Source: a bacterium (GTDB lineage: Bacteria; UBA9089; CG2-30-40-21; SBAY01). From it: DNA of 64,000 nt. The translations under genes were made by a program, and so were the position numbers. The notes under the pieces are model-generated. The model made no database searches. It was not told the origin of the DNA and worked only from the letters and a program-made list of their open reading frames with translations. This document shows positions 15,001-28,000 of the stretch, in pieces (position 1 is the first letter of the stretch; every line of letters starts with the position of its first letter). Location: contig JBFLXS010000002.1 of assembly GCA_040755795.1 (NCBI GenBank), forward strand, positions 5,109 through 69,108. Reading direction: 5' to 3'.

Positions 15001-18000
15001 GGGAACGATTGTTGAAATAACAGGTGAAGGTTATGCGGTTAGTGAAGGAATTCAAATTGACTTTGGTACGACTAAGACTATTGCTCTGACTTCGACAGAT
15101 GCGGCTGGTTACTTCAGGGTTACCTTTACGGTTGATACGCAATATTATGGCACCAAGACTATAGTCATTATTGGCCTTACTACTCAGAATCCATTTACGA
15201 AGAACTTTATGATACTTGGAAATATTACACTAATAACACCGAGTAGAGGAACAGTAGGAACTGTAGTGACAGTTACTGGAAATGGGTATGGTGCTACGGA
15301 GGTAATAGAATTCAGGATTGAGGGAGTTTATAGAGGGACTAATAGTTCTACGGGTGTAGGGACATTCACCGGAACATTTACGGTTAATCCACAAGCAGGA
15401 TATGAACGTGAAGTAACGGCTAATGGGTTATCTACAGGTGACTTGCGACGGGGTACATTTACTATTGACGGTCGAATTAATATTATTACCCCTTCAAGTG
15501 GTAGTGTTGGTTCATGGGTAACGGTGTTAGGTGATGGGTATGAGGATATAGAGGAAATACATATTTTACTTGGGACTACACCTACTATTTGCAGTGTCTG
15601 GACCAGCGGTGGAACATATACCGCTATCTTTACCATTGATACTCAACCTTATGGCACAGCATCTGTTGTAGTTGTTGGTATGACTTCGGGATTAAGGTCT
15701 GAAGGAACATACCGTATTTTAGAAAATCTGATTTTGGTATCACCAAAGACTGGAACTGTAGGTAGTTTTGTCAGTGTAGCTGGTAATGGATATGGTAAGT
15801 CAGAATTAATCCAGATAGATTTTGGAACTAAATCGACTATTACTACTATCTCAACTGATTATAAAGGGGCATTTCAAACTACCTTTACGGTAAATACACA
15901 ATATTATGGGACAAAGACGATTAAAGTAACAGGACTTTCAACTGGTAGAAATCTTATTTCTCTGTTTAAGATTACTCCATGGGTTAGTGTAACACCAACA
16001 ATGGGAACCGTTGGGACTTTGGTTGTAGTAGAAGGTGCAGGTTATAATCCGTATAATGTGCTGGTACAAATTAAATTTGGAGGAGGTATTATTAGAACAG
16101 TTAATCCGAGTCCTGAGGGGACATTCACCAAAACTTTAGCTGTTGATATACAACCGTATGGGACAACTGCTGTTACTGCTAGAGATACATATGGAGAGAC
16201 ACCAATTGCCGCAACAGTATTTAACATCAAATCAAGAATTACACAGGTTAATCCAGGAATTGGTACCATTGGTAGAGTGGTGACTGTTACTGGTGATGGT
16301 TATGGGGCAAATGAACTTATAGCAGTTGATTTTGGGACATATCCAACTATAAATTCTAATGTAAGTCAATCTAACGGGCAAATTAGTATTACCTTTACGG
16401 TATTAGTTACTCCGGCGGGCACAACTACAATACTTGTAAGGGGTATAAATACTAATCAGCAACAACTTGCTACATTCACTGTTATCGGGAATATTATTCT
16501 ATTAACTCCAGATACCGGGACAGTAGGAACTATTATTTCTATCGCGGGTGATGGATTTAGTTCGCAAGAGGCAATAGATATAGTCTTTGGAACAAAAGGA
16601 ACTATTACCTCTACCTCTGCTACGGCCGCAGGAACATTCACCACTACCTTTACGATTAATACACAAATTTATGGGGCAAAGAGTGTAACAGTAGTTGGAA
16701 TGACTTCACAGTTAAAGGCAACTGCTACGGTGAATATCATATCAGATATTATTCTCATTTCGCCAACTTCTGGGACAGTAGGAACGACAATAACGGTAGA
16801 GGGGACAGGTTATGGTGAGCACGAGACGATAGAGGTTTATTTTGGCACTGAAGGACCAATTTCACCGGCACAAGATTCCAGTCAAGATGGGACATTCAAT
16901 GTTACCTTTAATGTTACTTCTCAACCAATGGGTATAACTACAATTAAAGCTCAAGGGCAGATTTCTGGTGGTGTAGATTATGGGACATTTAATATCACTC
17001 CTGCTATTATTGTTACTCCAACCTCAGGTTCTGTAGGTTTAACAGTGGCGGTGCAAGGGACTGGTTATCCCATAGGTGAGGATGTCTATATTCATTTTGG
17101 TATAACTTCAACCATTACGGCTACGCCGGCTCATACCAATGCCAGTGGTGTCTTTAATAAGAATTTTGTAGTTGATGCTCAGGTATATGGAACAACTACT
17201 GTAGAGGCGATAAGTGTATCAGGAGCAAAGGCATTAACTACCTTTATTATCTTAGCTAATATTGCCCAGGTTACTCCAACTGAAGGAACAGTAGGAACGA
17301 TTGTCACTATTTATGGTGATGGATTAGGTGCATCTGAGGTAGTGAATGTTGACTTTGGACGTAGTTCTACTTTAGCCACTGCTGTTACTACCCAACGCGG
17401 GACATGGACAACTACCTTTACTATTGATACACAGGCTTATGGCTTGACAACTATAAGTGCTACGGGTAGTATGACTCAACAAGTAGGCAGAGATTACTTT
17501 ACTATCTTAAGTCATATTACTTTAGTAACACCAACAAGGGGAACAGTTGGAAGTAAGGTTAGGGTCTATGGTGATGGATATAGACCGTGTGGAATTAATG
17601 AGTTGCGTATTGATTTTGGTTCAATGGTATGGATGGGTATTGGTAATGCTGTTGTGGGTGAATTTGGTACCTTTGCGGCTATCTTTGAAGTTGATGTCCA
17701 ACCGGGTGGAATGACAACAATTAAAGCAATCAGTGGTGGGTCGGATATAGATTCCTTCTGGATTGAAGGCAAGATTGTTTATGTGACACCACAAGGGGCA
17801 ACCGTAGGAACACTTGTAGAAATTGGTGGTAATGGTTATGGCGCATCAGAGTTAGTTCAGATTGACTTTGGAACGATAAAGACTATTACCCAGGTTACGG
17901 CTAATAGTGATGGAACATTTACTACTACCTTTACCGTTAATGCTCAACCTAATGGTCCAACTACTATTATGGCAACGGGTCTTGTGACCAGGAATATAGA

Positions 18001-21000
18001 CACTGAAATATTTAACATTGGTGCGGAAATTATCTTTATTTCACCCAGAGCAGGCACAGTAGGAACGATTATTAGTTTAGAAGGAACAGGGTATCAGACC
18101 GGTGAAATTATGCGAATTAGCTTTGGCACGATTAAGACAATTACTACTACCACGCCTGATGCACAAGGTAGATTTAGCACTACCTTTACCATTGATACAC
18201 AACGCTATGGCATTACGACGATTACTGCTTATGGCATAAATTCAACAGCACAGGCAAAAGGAACAGTGACAATTCTGCCCAATATAATCCTGATTACTCC
18301 AACAGAAGGTAGTGTGGGCACTATTGTTACGGTTAGAGGTAATGGATTCAATGCCACCAGTCCCGTAGCCATTAAATTCGGCGACACTTCAAGTATTACC
18401 ATTGTTACTTCAACCGCCTTTGGCAGCTTTACGGTTACCTTTACTGTAGATACACAGAAGATAGGATTAAAGAATATTAGAGTAGTAGATGGAGTTGGAA
18501 TAGATTATACCGGCACATTTAATATCGTTCCGGCAATTCATGTCAGTCCTACCTGCGGGACAGTGGGAACAGTGGTCATTCTCTGGGGTGATGGTTTTGA
18601 TAGTCTCGAGACGGTAAGGGTTGAATTTGGAACAACATTAGTGGGTATTGGATTGTGTTTCAATAGTAATAATGGATCTTTCTCAACTACCTTTACTATC
18701 ACTACACAACCTTTTGGAACTACCACATTTAGAGCAGGTAGAACAGTAGCAGAAGCAACAATTACCACTACCTTTGTTATCGAACCTAATATTATCCAAT
18801 TACAACCTGATTCTGGTAATGTAGATACTGTGGTAACGGTGGCTGGTAATGGATTTGGTGCAACAGAAACTATTCGAATTACCTTTGGCACTAATGTGAC
18901 CATAGTTATGACTACTTCTACTGCTTATGGTTCATTCAGCACTACCTTTACAGTTGATATTCAGCCAGTAGGTTCAACCACAGTTTTAGCTACAGGATTA
19001 ACGACTAATCAAAAGGCATATCGGTTCTTCCAGATAATGACGCGTATTACTAAACTCTCACCGGATAAAGGTACGGTAGGAACTATTGTTACATTAGAAG
19101 GAGATGGTTACCATTCTGGAGAAGATATTAGGATTACCTTTGGAACAACTACCACTATAAAGACTACTACGGGTGATATAAGGGGTGCGTTTAGTGTAAC
19201 CTTTACCATAGATACTCAAAGATATGGGACAACAACAGTAATTGCTACGGGAATTACCTCAGATGCAACCGCACAAACATTATTTGGCATTCTACCGAAT
19301 ATTATCCGTGTATCACCTTCAACCGGGTCAGTGGGAACAATAGTTACTTTAGCCGGTAATGGGTTTGATGACAATGAGCAAGTCAGGATTGAATTTGGAA
19401 CTAATCCTACTATTGTTACGGCGATGACAGATGTCTATGGTTCATTTACTACCACCTGGACAGTTGATACTCAAGTTTATGGCACCACAACTATTACTGC
19501 CTATAATGATACCATAGGGATATTTGCCACCAGCACATTTACCATTCTACCTCATATTGTTGAATTAACACCAACTTCAGGCAGTGTGGGAACAGTAGTA
19601 ACCTTAAGTGGAACTGGTTATGGCAAGTCAGCAGAAGCAATAAAGATTAAATTCGGTATTACACAAACGATAACCCTTACCACTACCTCGGACTTTGGGA
19701 GCTTTACCACAACCTTTACTATCAATGGACAGCCGTATGGAACTACTACGGTAGAGGTTAGAGGATTGACTACCTCACAGGTTCAGGAAACGACCTTTGT
19801 TATTCTACCTAATATTGTCTTGATGACATCAACAGTAGGCGTAATTACAGATATTGTTTATATCACTGGCAATGGGTTTGGAGTAACAGAGGATATTCAA
19901 ATTGACTTTGGAATAACCAATAGCATTACCGTTACAAGGACAGATGAATATGGTTCATTTGCCACTACATTTACAGTCAACCTGCAAGTTTTTGGGACAA
20001 AATCTGTTAAAGTTACTGGCTTAAAGACAAATTTTGTTCTATATCAGAGTTTCTTACTGAGGGGTAGAATTGCTGTTGTTTCACCTTCTTGTGGAACTAT
20101 TGGCACGGTGGTGAGTATTTCTGGTGATGGGTTTGGTAATCAAGAGCTGATGGAATATAGTTTTGGTTGGACTAATTATGCACCACCTACAAATCTAACC
20201 GATGGTCTTGGTAGATATAGTTTTGTCTTTACAGTTGATATACAACCAGGAGGAACTACTACCATTAAGGCTAAAGGAGCACTTAAGACTAAGGAAGAGG
20301 CATTTAATTACTTCTTTATCCAGGCTAAGATTGAGTTGTTCACACCGACTATTGGAACGGTAGGAAGTGTGGTGACAGTGGAAGGAAGTGGCTTTGGCGG
20401 TTCACAAACCGTGCAGGTTGATTTGGGCACGACTGTATCTATAACCTCACAGTTTGTCAAAAGAGCAGGAACATGGACACTGACCTTCACTATTGATACT
20501 CAAAATTATGGCAGTACCACTGTGATGGCATTTAGTCCGGGTCTCTCTGGCGTTGGAACTACAGCTACCTTCTTTGTCATACCCAAGATTATTCTTGTTA
20601 GTCCAGAGGCTGGTTCTGTTGGAACGGTCGTGATTGTGGAAGGTAATGGTTATGAGGCGTTAGAAGATATAAGAATAACTTTTGGCAATACGGTTACGAT
20701 TAAACTGACAAGTGTTAGTGCGGGTGGGTCATTCACTACGACCTTTGTAGTTGATTCACAATCTTATGGAACAAAGACTATCAAGGTAACAGGTCTTTCT
20801 ACTCAGGCTAAATATGAGACACAATTTGCTATCCAACAGCATTTAGTCTGGATTTCACCAACTCAAGGTAGTGTAGGGAGTTTAGTAACTATTCTGGGAA
20901 CTGGTTATGATGTTACAGATGATATAGTGGTTAACTTTGGTAAGACCGGGACGATTACGACTACATCTGCTTCAGTAGATGGGACATTCTCTACCACCTT

Positions 21001-22090
21001 TACGATTGATACCCAATCTTATGGGCAAAAGACTGTTACAGCTGTAGGCTTGAAGATAGGGCAGGCATCAAGCGTTATCTTTAATATTCTACCACAATTA
21101 GTTAGTATTTCACCAACTGAAGGTTCGGTTGGCAGGATAGTAACATTATTTGGAACAGGATATAAGACCCAGGAACAGGTGCAAATAGACTTTGGCACAA
21201 CGATGACTATTACCAAAGGACAGACATCAATTGATGGCACATTTAGCGTTACCTTTACCATTGATACTCAACCTTATGGCACAACTACGATTACGGGAAT
21301 AGGTAGAGATAGTGGAGCATCATCTACGATTACCTTCCGTATCTTGCCTAATATTGCCTGGATAACACCCACGCAAGGTAGTGTCGGAACGATAGTTACA
21401 ATTTATGGTAATGGATACAGGACGGCAGAATCCATTAAGGTTAGTTTTGGTAAGGATAGTACAGTGCAGATGACCACTACGGACTCTACTGGTAGCTGGA
21501 CAACTACCTTTACCGTAACAACACAAGTTGCTGGAACAACGACTATTACTGCCACCAATGTAGCGGACGATTTGACCTCACAATCATTCTTTGATATTTT
21601 TGCAAATATTACTGAAGTAGCTCCTCCCGACGGTATGTTAGGAGATGAGGTAACTGTAAGGGGTAATGGTTATGCGGCAAAAGAACAAATTAGAATCAGT
21701 TTTGGGACAACTATAACCCGAGTGGTGGTTACTTCTACACCAGATGGGACATGGACAGCGACATTTACAGTAGATGAGCAAAGATGTGGACCGACTACTA
21801 TTGTGGCGACTGGTTTGGGAAGTGGTGAATCCGCAACTAATACTACATTTGTTGTAGGAGTAAAAATTACCTCTGTATCTCCTGAAGTTGGAACAGTAGG
21901 AACAATTGTTATGGTGCATGGAGCTGGGTTTGGTTCTAGTGAAAGTATCCGCATTGAATTTGGCAATAATCGAACTATTGCTATGGTTACTACTAATGTC
22001 GCAGGAACATTTATTGCTACCTTTACTGTGGATACTCAATCTGCTGGGACTCATACTATTATAGCCACTAATGGCGTAGAGGCTAAAGCA
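2..22090 (+). repeat. About 88 tandem, mutually diverged 83-85 aa IPT/TIG-like units (coding tandem repeat, low nucleotide identity between neighbours). Local subfamilies are visible, e.g. the 'IHANIILVTP...VAGNGYG' units at 10.07-13.45 kb and the 'RIEFGTTxTIQ(W/L)TSTYAEGS' units at 7.5-9.5 kb.
   Basis: Hand translation. Every unit shows the recurrent motifs ...(V/I)(T/S)P-x-x-GTVGT-I-V-T-V-x-G-(N/D)-G-(Y/F)-G..., I-(D/E)-F-G-T-T, and T-F-T-(I/V)-D-T-Q-P-x-G-T-T-T-I. Confidence 0.85.
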
Positions 22091-25000
22091 TTATTTAGAA
22101 TTATTGGCAATATCTATTCGATTACACCTATTTCAGGGTCTGTGGGAACTATTGTTACCATAAGTGGCAATGGTTATCCTGCCTGGGACATAGTTCGAAT
22201 AGAATTTGGAACAACACCAACCATTCAACAGACATCCACTTATGCAGAAGGTAGCTGGACAACTACATTTACAGTAGATACCCAACCGTATGGGAAGACG
22301 ACAATTACGGCTTATGGAAGTGAGAAGGTATCCGGGACATTTACTATTTTACCCAATATTATTCTGATTACACCAACGCAAGGCTCAGTAGGGGCAATCG
22401 TTACAGTTAGAGGCAATGGTTATGTGGCATCTGGAACAATCAGCATAGACTTTGGCACTACACTAACAATCCAGTTGACATCTACCTATGCAGAAGGTAG
22501 CTGGACGACTACATTTACCATAGATACTCAACAATATGGCAGAACAACTATTATTGCTTCTGGAGATGGAATATCATCTGCTGGCACATTGACTATCTTA
22601 CCAGAGATAATACTAATTAGTCCAAAAGAAGGGACAGTAGGGACTATGGTGACCGTAGCTGGTAATGGTTATAAGGCATCAGAGGCAATTCATATAATCT
22701 TTGGGACATCACTAACGATTACTACTGCCTCAACGGATGCAATAGGGTCATTTACGACTACCTTTACCGTTGATGCTCAAAGTGTAGGCACAACTACTAT
22801 TACCGCTGTGGGTATGGATAGTGGCAAGAGTGTATCTAAGTATGAATTTAAGATAGTTCCACAATTGACTCAAGTTTCACCACCTCAAGGAACAGTGGGA
22901 ACAATAGTATCGCTTCAAGGAGATGGTTACCAGGCTAATGAGTTAGTTAAGATAGATTTTGGGACAACATTGACCATAACTACTATTAGTGCCAGTCAGT
23001 CAGGTTCGTTTGCAACTACATTTACCATAGATACGCAACCTTATGGAGTTACGACTATTAATGTAACAGGTCTTACATCTAAGGTTAGTTCTGCTAACTT
23101 AACCTTCTTCATTATGCCTAATGTTATTCTTGTTACTCCAACAGAAGGGACAGTGGGTAGAATAGTAACAATTCGAGGTAATGGTTATGGGGCATCAGAG
23201 ATAATTCGTGTAGAATTTGGCACCACACCGACTATTCAGTTGACATCTACTTATGCAGAAGGGAGCTGGACAACTACCTTTACCATTGATACCCAACCCT
23301 ATGGTCAGACAACGATTATTGCTTATGGTAGTAATAAAGCCGCAGGGACATTGGCTATATTATCGAATATCATCTTAATTTCACCGCCCTCAGGAACAGT
23401 AGGGACGATAGTAACCGTTCGAGGTAATGGTTATGGGGCATCAAAGACAATCCATATCGACTTTGGCACGACATCAACAATACAGATGACCTCTACTTAT
23501 GCCGAAGGGAGCTGGACAACTACCTTTACGATTGATACACAACCCTATGGTCAGACGACTATAGTTGCCTATGGCAGTGAACGAGCATCAGGGACATTTA
23601 CTATCTTGCCCAATATTATTCTTATTACTCCAACAGAAGGAACAGTAGGAACAATAATTACAGTTCGAGGCAATGGTTATGGTGCATCGCGAACAATCCG
23701 CATAGAGTTTGGAACAACACCTACAATCCAGTTGACCTCTACCTATGCCGAAGGGAGTTGGACAACTACATTTACTATAGATACACAACAATATGGTAAG
23801 ACGACCGTAGTGGCTTATGGAGATGGGCTTAAAGTAGAAGGGACAATAACTATATTACCGAATATCATTGTGATTACACCAACCGAAGGAACGGTAGGTA
23901 GAATAATAACCATAAGAGGTAATGGTTATGTTGCATCACGAACAATCCGCATAGAATTTGGAACAACACCGACAATCCAGTTGACCTCTACTTATGCCGA
24001 AGGTAGCTGGACTACGACCTTTACCATCGATACACAACAATATGGTAAGACGACGATTACGGCTTATGGAGATGTAATTAAAGCCGCCGGGACATTAACC
24101 ATATTACCCAATATTATTCTGATTACACCGACGCAAGGTTCGGTAGGGACAATTATTACTATCAGAGGCAATGGTTATGGTGCATCACGGACAATTCGTG
24201 TAGAGTTTGGGACAACACCAACTATTCAGTTGACATCTACCTATGCCGAAGGTAGTTTCACTACTACCTTTACCATAGATACCCAGCAATATGGTAAGAC
24301 AACTATAGTTGCTCACGGAGATGGACTTAAGGTAGAGGGCACTGTAACCATATTACCCAATATCATTTTGATTACACCAACTGAAGGAACGGTAGGAGCA
24401 ATAATAACCATAAGCGGTAATGGTTATGGTGCATCTCGAACAATCAGCCTAGACTTTGGCACTACACTAACAATCCAGTTGACATCTACTTATGCAAAAG
24501 GTAGTTTCACCATGACATTTACCATCGATACACAACCTTATGGCATAACAACTATTGTGGCTTATGGAGATGGTATATCATTCAAAGGCACAGTGACTAT
24601 CTTACCAGAGATAATACTAATTAGTCCAAAGGAAGGAACGGTAGGTAGTGTGGTTACTGTTTGTGGTAATGGATATAGGGCATCAGAGACAATTCATATT
24701 ATCTTTGGAACATCACTAACAATTGCTACTACTTCAACGGATGCCATTGGGTCATGGGCGGTTACCTTTACCGTTGATACCCAGAGTGTTGGGACAACTA
24801 CCATTACGGCTGTAGATATGGGTAGTGGCAGGAGTGTATCGAAGTATGAATTTAGAATAGTGCCACAGTTAACTCAAGTATCGCCACCTCAAGGGACAGT
24901 TGGGACAATAGTAACACTTCAAGGAGATGGTTACTTAGCTAATGAGTTAGTTAAGATAGACTTTGGGACAACATTGACCATAACTACTGTCAGTGCCAGT

Positions 25001-28000
25001 CAATCAGGGTCGTTCACAACTACATTTACCATAGATACTCAACCTTATGGTGTGACTACGGTTAAGGTAACAGGTCTTAGATCTAAGTTTAGTTCTGCTA
25101 ATTTAAACTTCTTCATTACTTCTAATATTATTCTTATTACCCCAACAGAAGGAACGGTTGGCAGAATAATAACCGTTCGAGGTAATGGTTATGGGGCATC
25201 AAAGACAATCCATATAGATTTTGGCACAACACCAACTATTCAATCAGTTTCTACTTATGCAGAAGGGAGTTGGACTACTACCTTTACGATTGATACACAA
25301 CCCTATGGTCAGACGACTATAGTTGCCTATGGAAGTGAACGAGCATCAGGGACATTTACTATCTTGCCCAATATTATTCTTATTACTCCAACAGAAGGAA
25401 CAGTGGGAACAATAATTACAGTTCGAGGTAATGGTTATTCTGCATCAGGGACAATTCGGATAGAATTTGGGACGACACCGACAATTCAATTAACCTCTAC
25501 CTATGCCGAAGGGAGTTGGACGACCACATTTACCATAGATACACAACAATATGGTAAGACGACCATAGTGGCTCAGGGTGATGGGCTTAAGGTAGAAGGG
25601 ACTGTGACTATCTTACCCAACATTATTCTGATTACACCAACAGAAGGAACGGTAGGAACGATAATTACAGTTTGTGGCAATGGTTATTATGCATCTCGAG
25701 CAATTCGCATAGAGTTTGGAACAACACCGACAATCCAGTTGACCTCTACCTATGCCGAAGGTAGTTGGACAACTACATTTACCATCGATACACAACAATA
25801 TGGTCAGACGACCATAGTTGTTCATGGAGATGGACTTAAGGTAGAAGGGACTATAACCATATTGCCAAATATCATTTTAATAACTCCGACAGAAGGAACA
25901 GTAGGGACAATCATTACTATTAGCGGTAATGGTTATGGGGCATCTCGAACAATCCGTATAGAATTTGGGACTACTCCAACAATCCAGTTAACCTCTACTT
26001 ATGCCGAAGGTAGCTGGACTACTACCTTTACCATCGATACCCAGCAATATGGCAAGACGACCATAATGGCTCACGGAGATGGACTTAAGGTAGAAGGGAC
26101 AATAACCATATTGCCCAATATCATTTTGATTACACCAACTGAAGGAACGGTAGGAGCAATAATAACCATAAGCGGTAATGGTTATGTTGCATCTGGAACA
26201 ATCCGCATAAAATTTGGGACTACACCAACCATTCAGTTGACCTCTACTTATGCCGAGGGTAGTTTCACGACTACATTTACCATCGATACGCAACCGTATG
26301 GAATAACAACTATTGTAACTTATGGAGATGGTATATCATTCAAAGGCACAGTGACTATCTTACCAGAGATAATACTAATTAGTCCAAAGGAAGGAACAGT
26401 AGGTAGTATTGTTACCGTTTGTGGTAATGGATATATGGCATCAGAGACAATTCATATTATCTTTGGAACATCACCAACAATTGCTACTACTTCAACGGAT
26501 GCCATTGGGTCATGGACGGTTACCTTTACTGTTGATACCCAGAGTGTTGGGACTACTACCATTACGGCTGTAGATATGGGTAGTGGTAGGAGTGTATCGA
26601 AGTATGAATTTAGAATAGTGCCACAGTTAACTCAAGTATCGCCACCTCAAGGGACAGTTGGGACAATAGTAACACTTCAAGGAGATGGTTACTTAGCTAA
26701 TGAGTTAGTTAAGATAGACTTTGGGACAACATTGACCATAACTACTGTCAGTGCCAGTCAATCAGGGTCGTTCGCAACTACATTTACCATAGATACTCAA
26801 CCTTATGGTGTTACTACGGTTAAGGTAACAGGTCTTACATCTAACTTTAGTTCTGCTAACTTAAACTTCTTCATTACTTCTAATATTATTCTTATTACCC
26901 CAACAGAAGGGACAGTGGGTAGCATAGTAACCGTTCGAGGTAATGGTTATGGGGCATCAAAGACAATTCGTATAGAATTTGGCACAACACCCACTATTCA
27001 ATTAGTTTCTACTTATGCAGAAGGTAGCTGGACAACTACATTTACCATAGATACACAACAATATGGTAAGACAACTATTACTGCTTATGGAAGTGAACAG
27101 GCATCCGGAACATTTACTATCTTGCCCAATATTATTCTGATTACTCCAACAGAAGGAACAGTAGGAACAATAATTACAGTTCGAGGCAATGGTTATGGTG
27201 CATCAAGGACAATTCGGATAGAATTTGGGACGACACCGACAATTCAATTAACCTCTACTTATGCAGAAGGGAGTTGGACGACTACCTTTACCATAGATAC
27301 ACAACAGTATGGTCAGACGACAATAGTTGCTCATCAGGATGACGATGGACTTAAGGTAGAAGGGACAATAACCATATTGCCAAACATCATTCTGATTACG
27401 CCAATTGAAGGAACAGTAGGGACAATTATTACCATAAGTGGTAATGGTTATGTTGCATCTCGAACAATCCGCATAGAGTTGGGGACAACACCGACAATCC
27501 AATTGACCTCTACTTATGCCGAAGGTAGCTGGACAACTACATTTACCATAGATACACAACAATATGGTAAGACGACCATAGTTGCTCATGGAGATGGACT
27601 TAAGGTAGAAGGGACTATAACCATATTGCCGAATATTATTTTAATAACCCCAACAGAAGGAACAGTAGGGACAATCATTACTATTAGCGGCAATGGTTAT
27701 GGTGCATCTCGGACAATCCGTATAGAATTTGGAACCACACCAACAATTCAGTTAACCTCTACTTATGCCGAAGGGAGTTGGACGACGACATTTACTGTGG
27801 ATACTCAACAATATGGTCAGACAACAATTATTGCTCATGGAGATGACCAGGGAATTAAGGCACAAGGGACATTGACAATATTACCGAATATTATTCTCAT
27901 TACCCCAACTAAAGGAACAGTAGGGACAATAATTACTGTTAGAGGTAATGGTTATGGTGCATCGCGGACAATCCGCATAGAATTTGGAACAACTCGCACA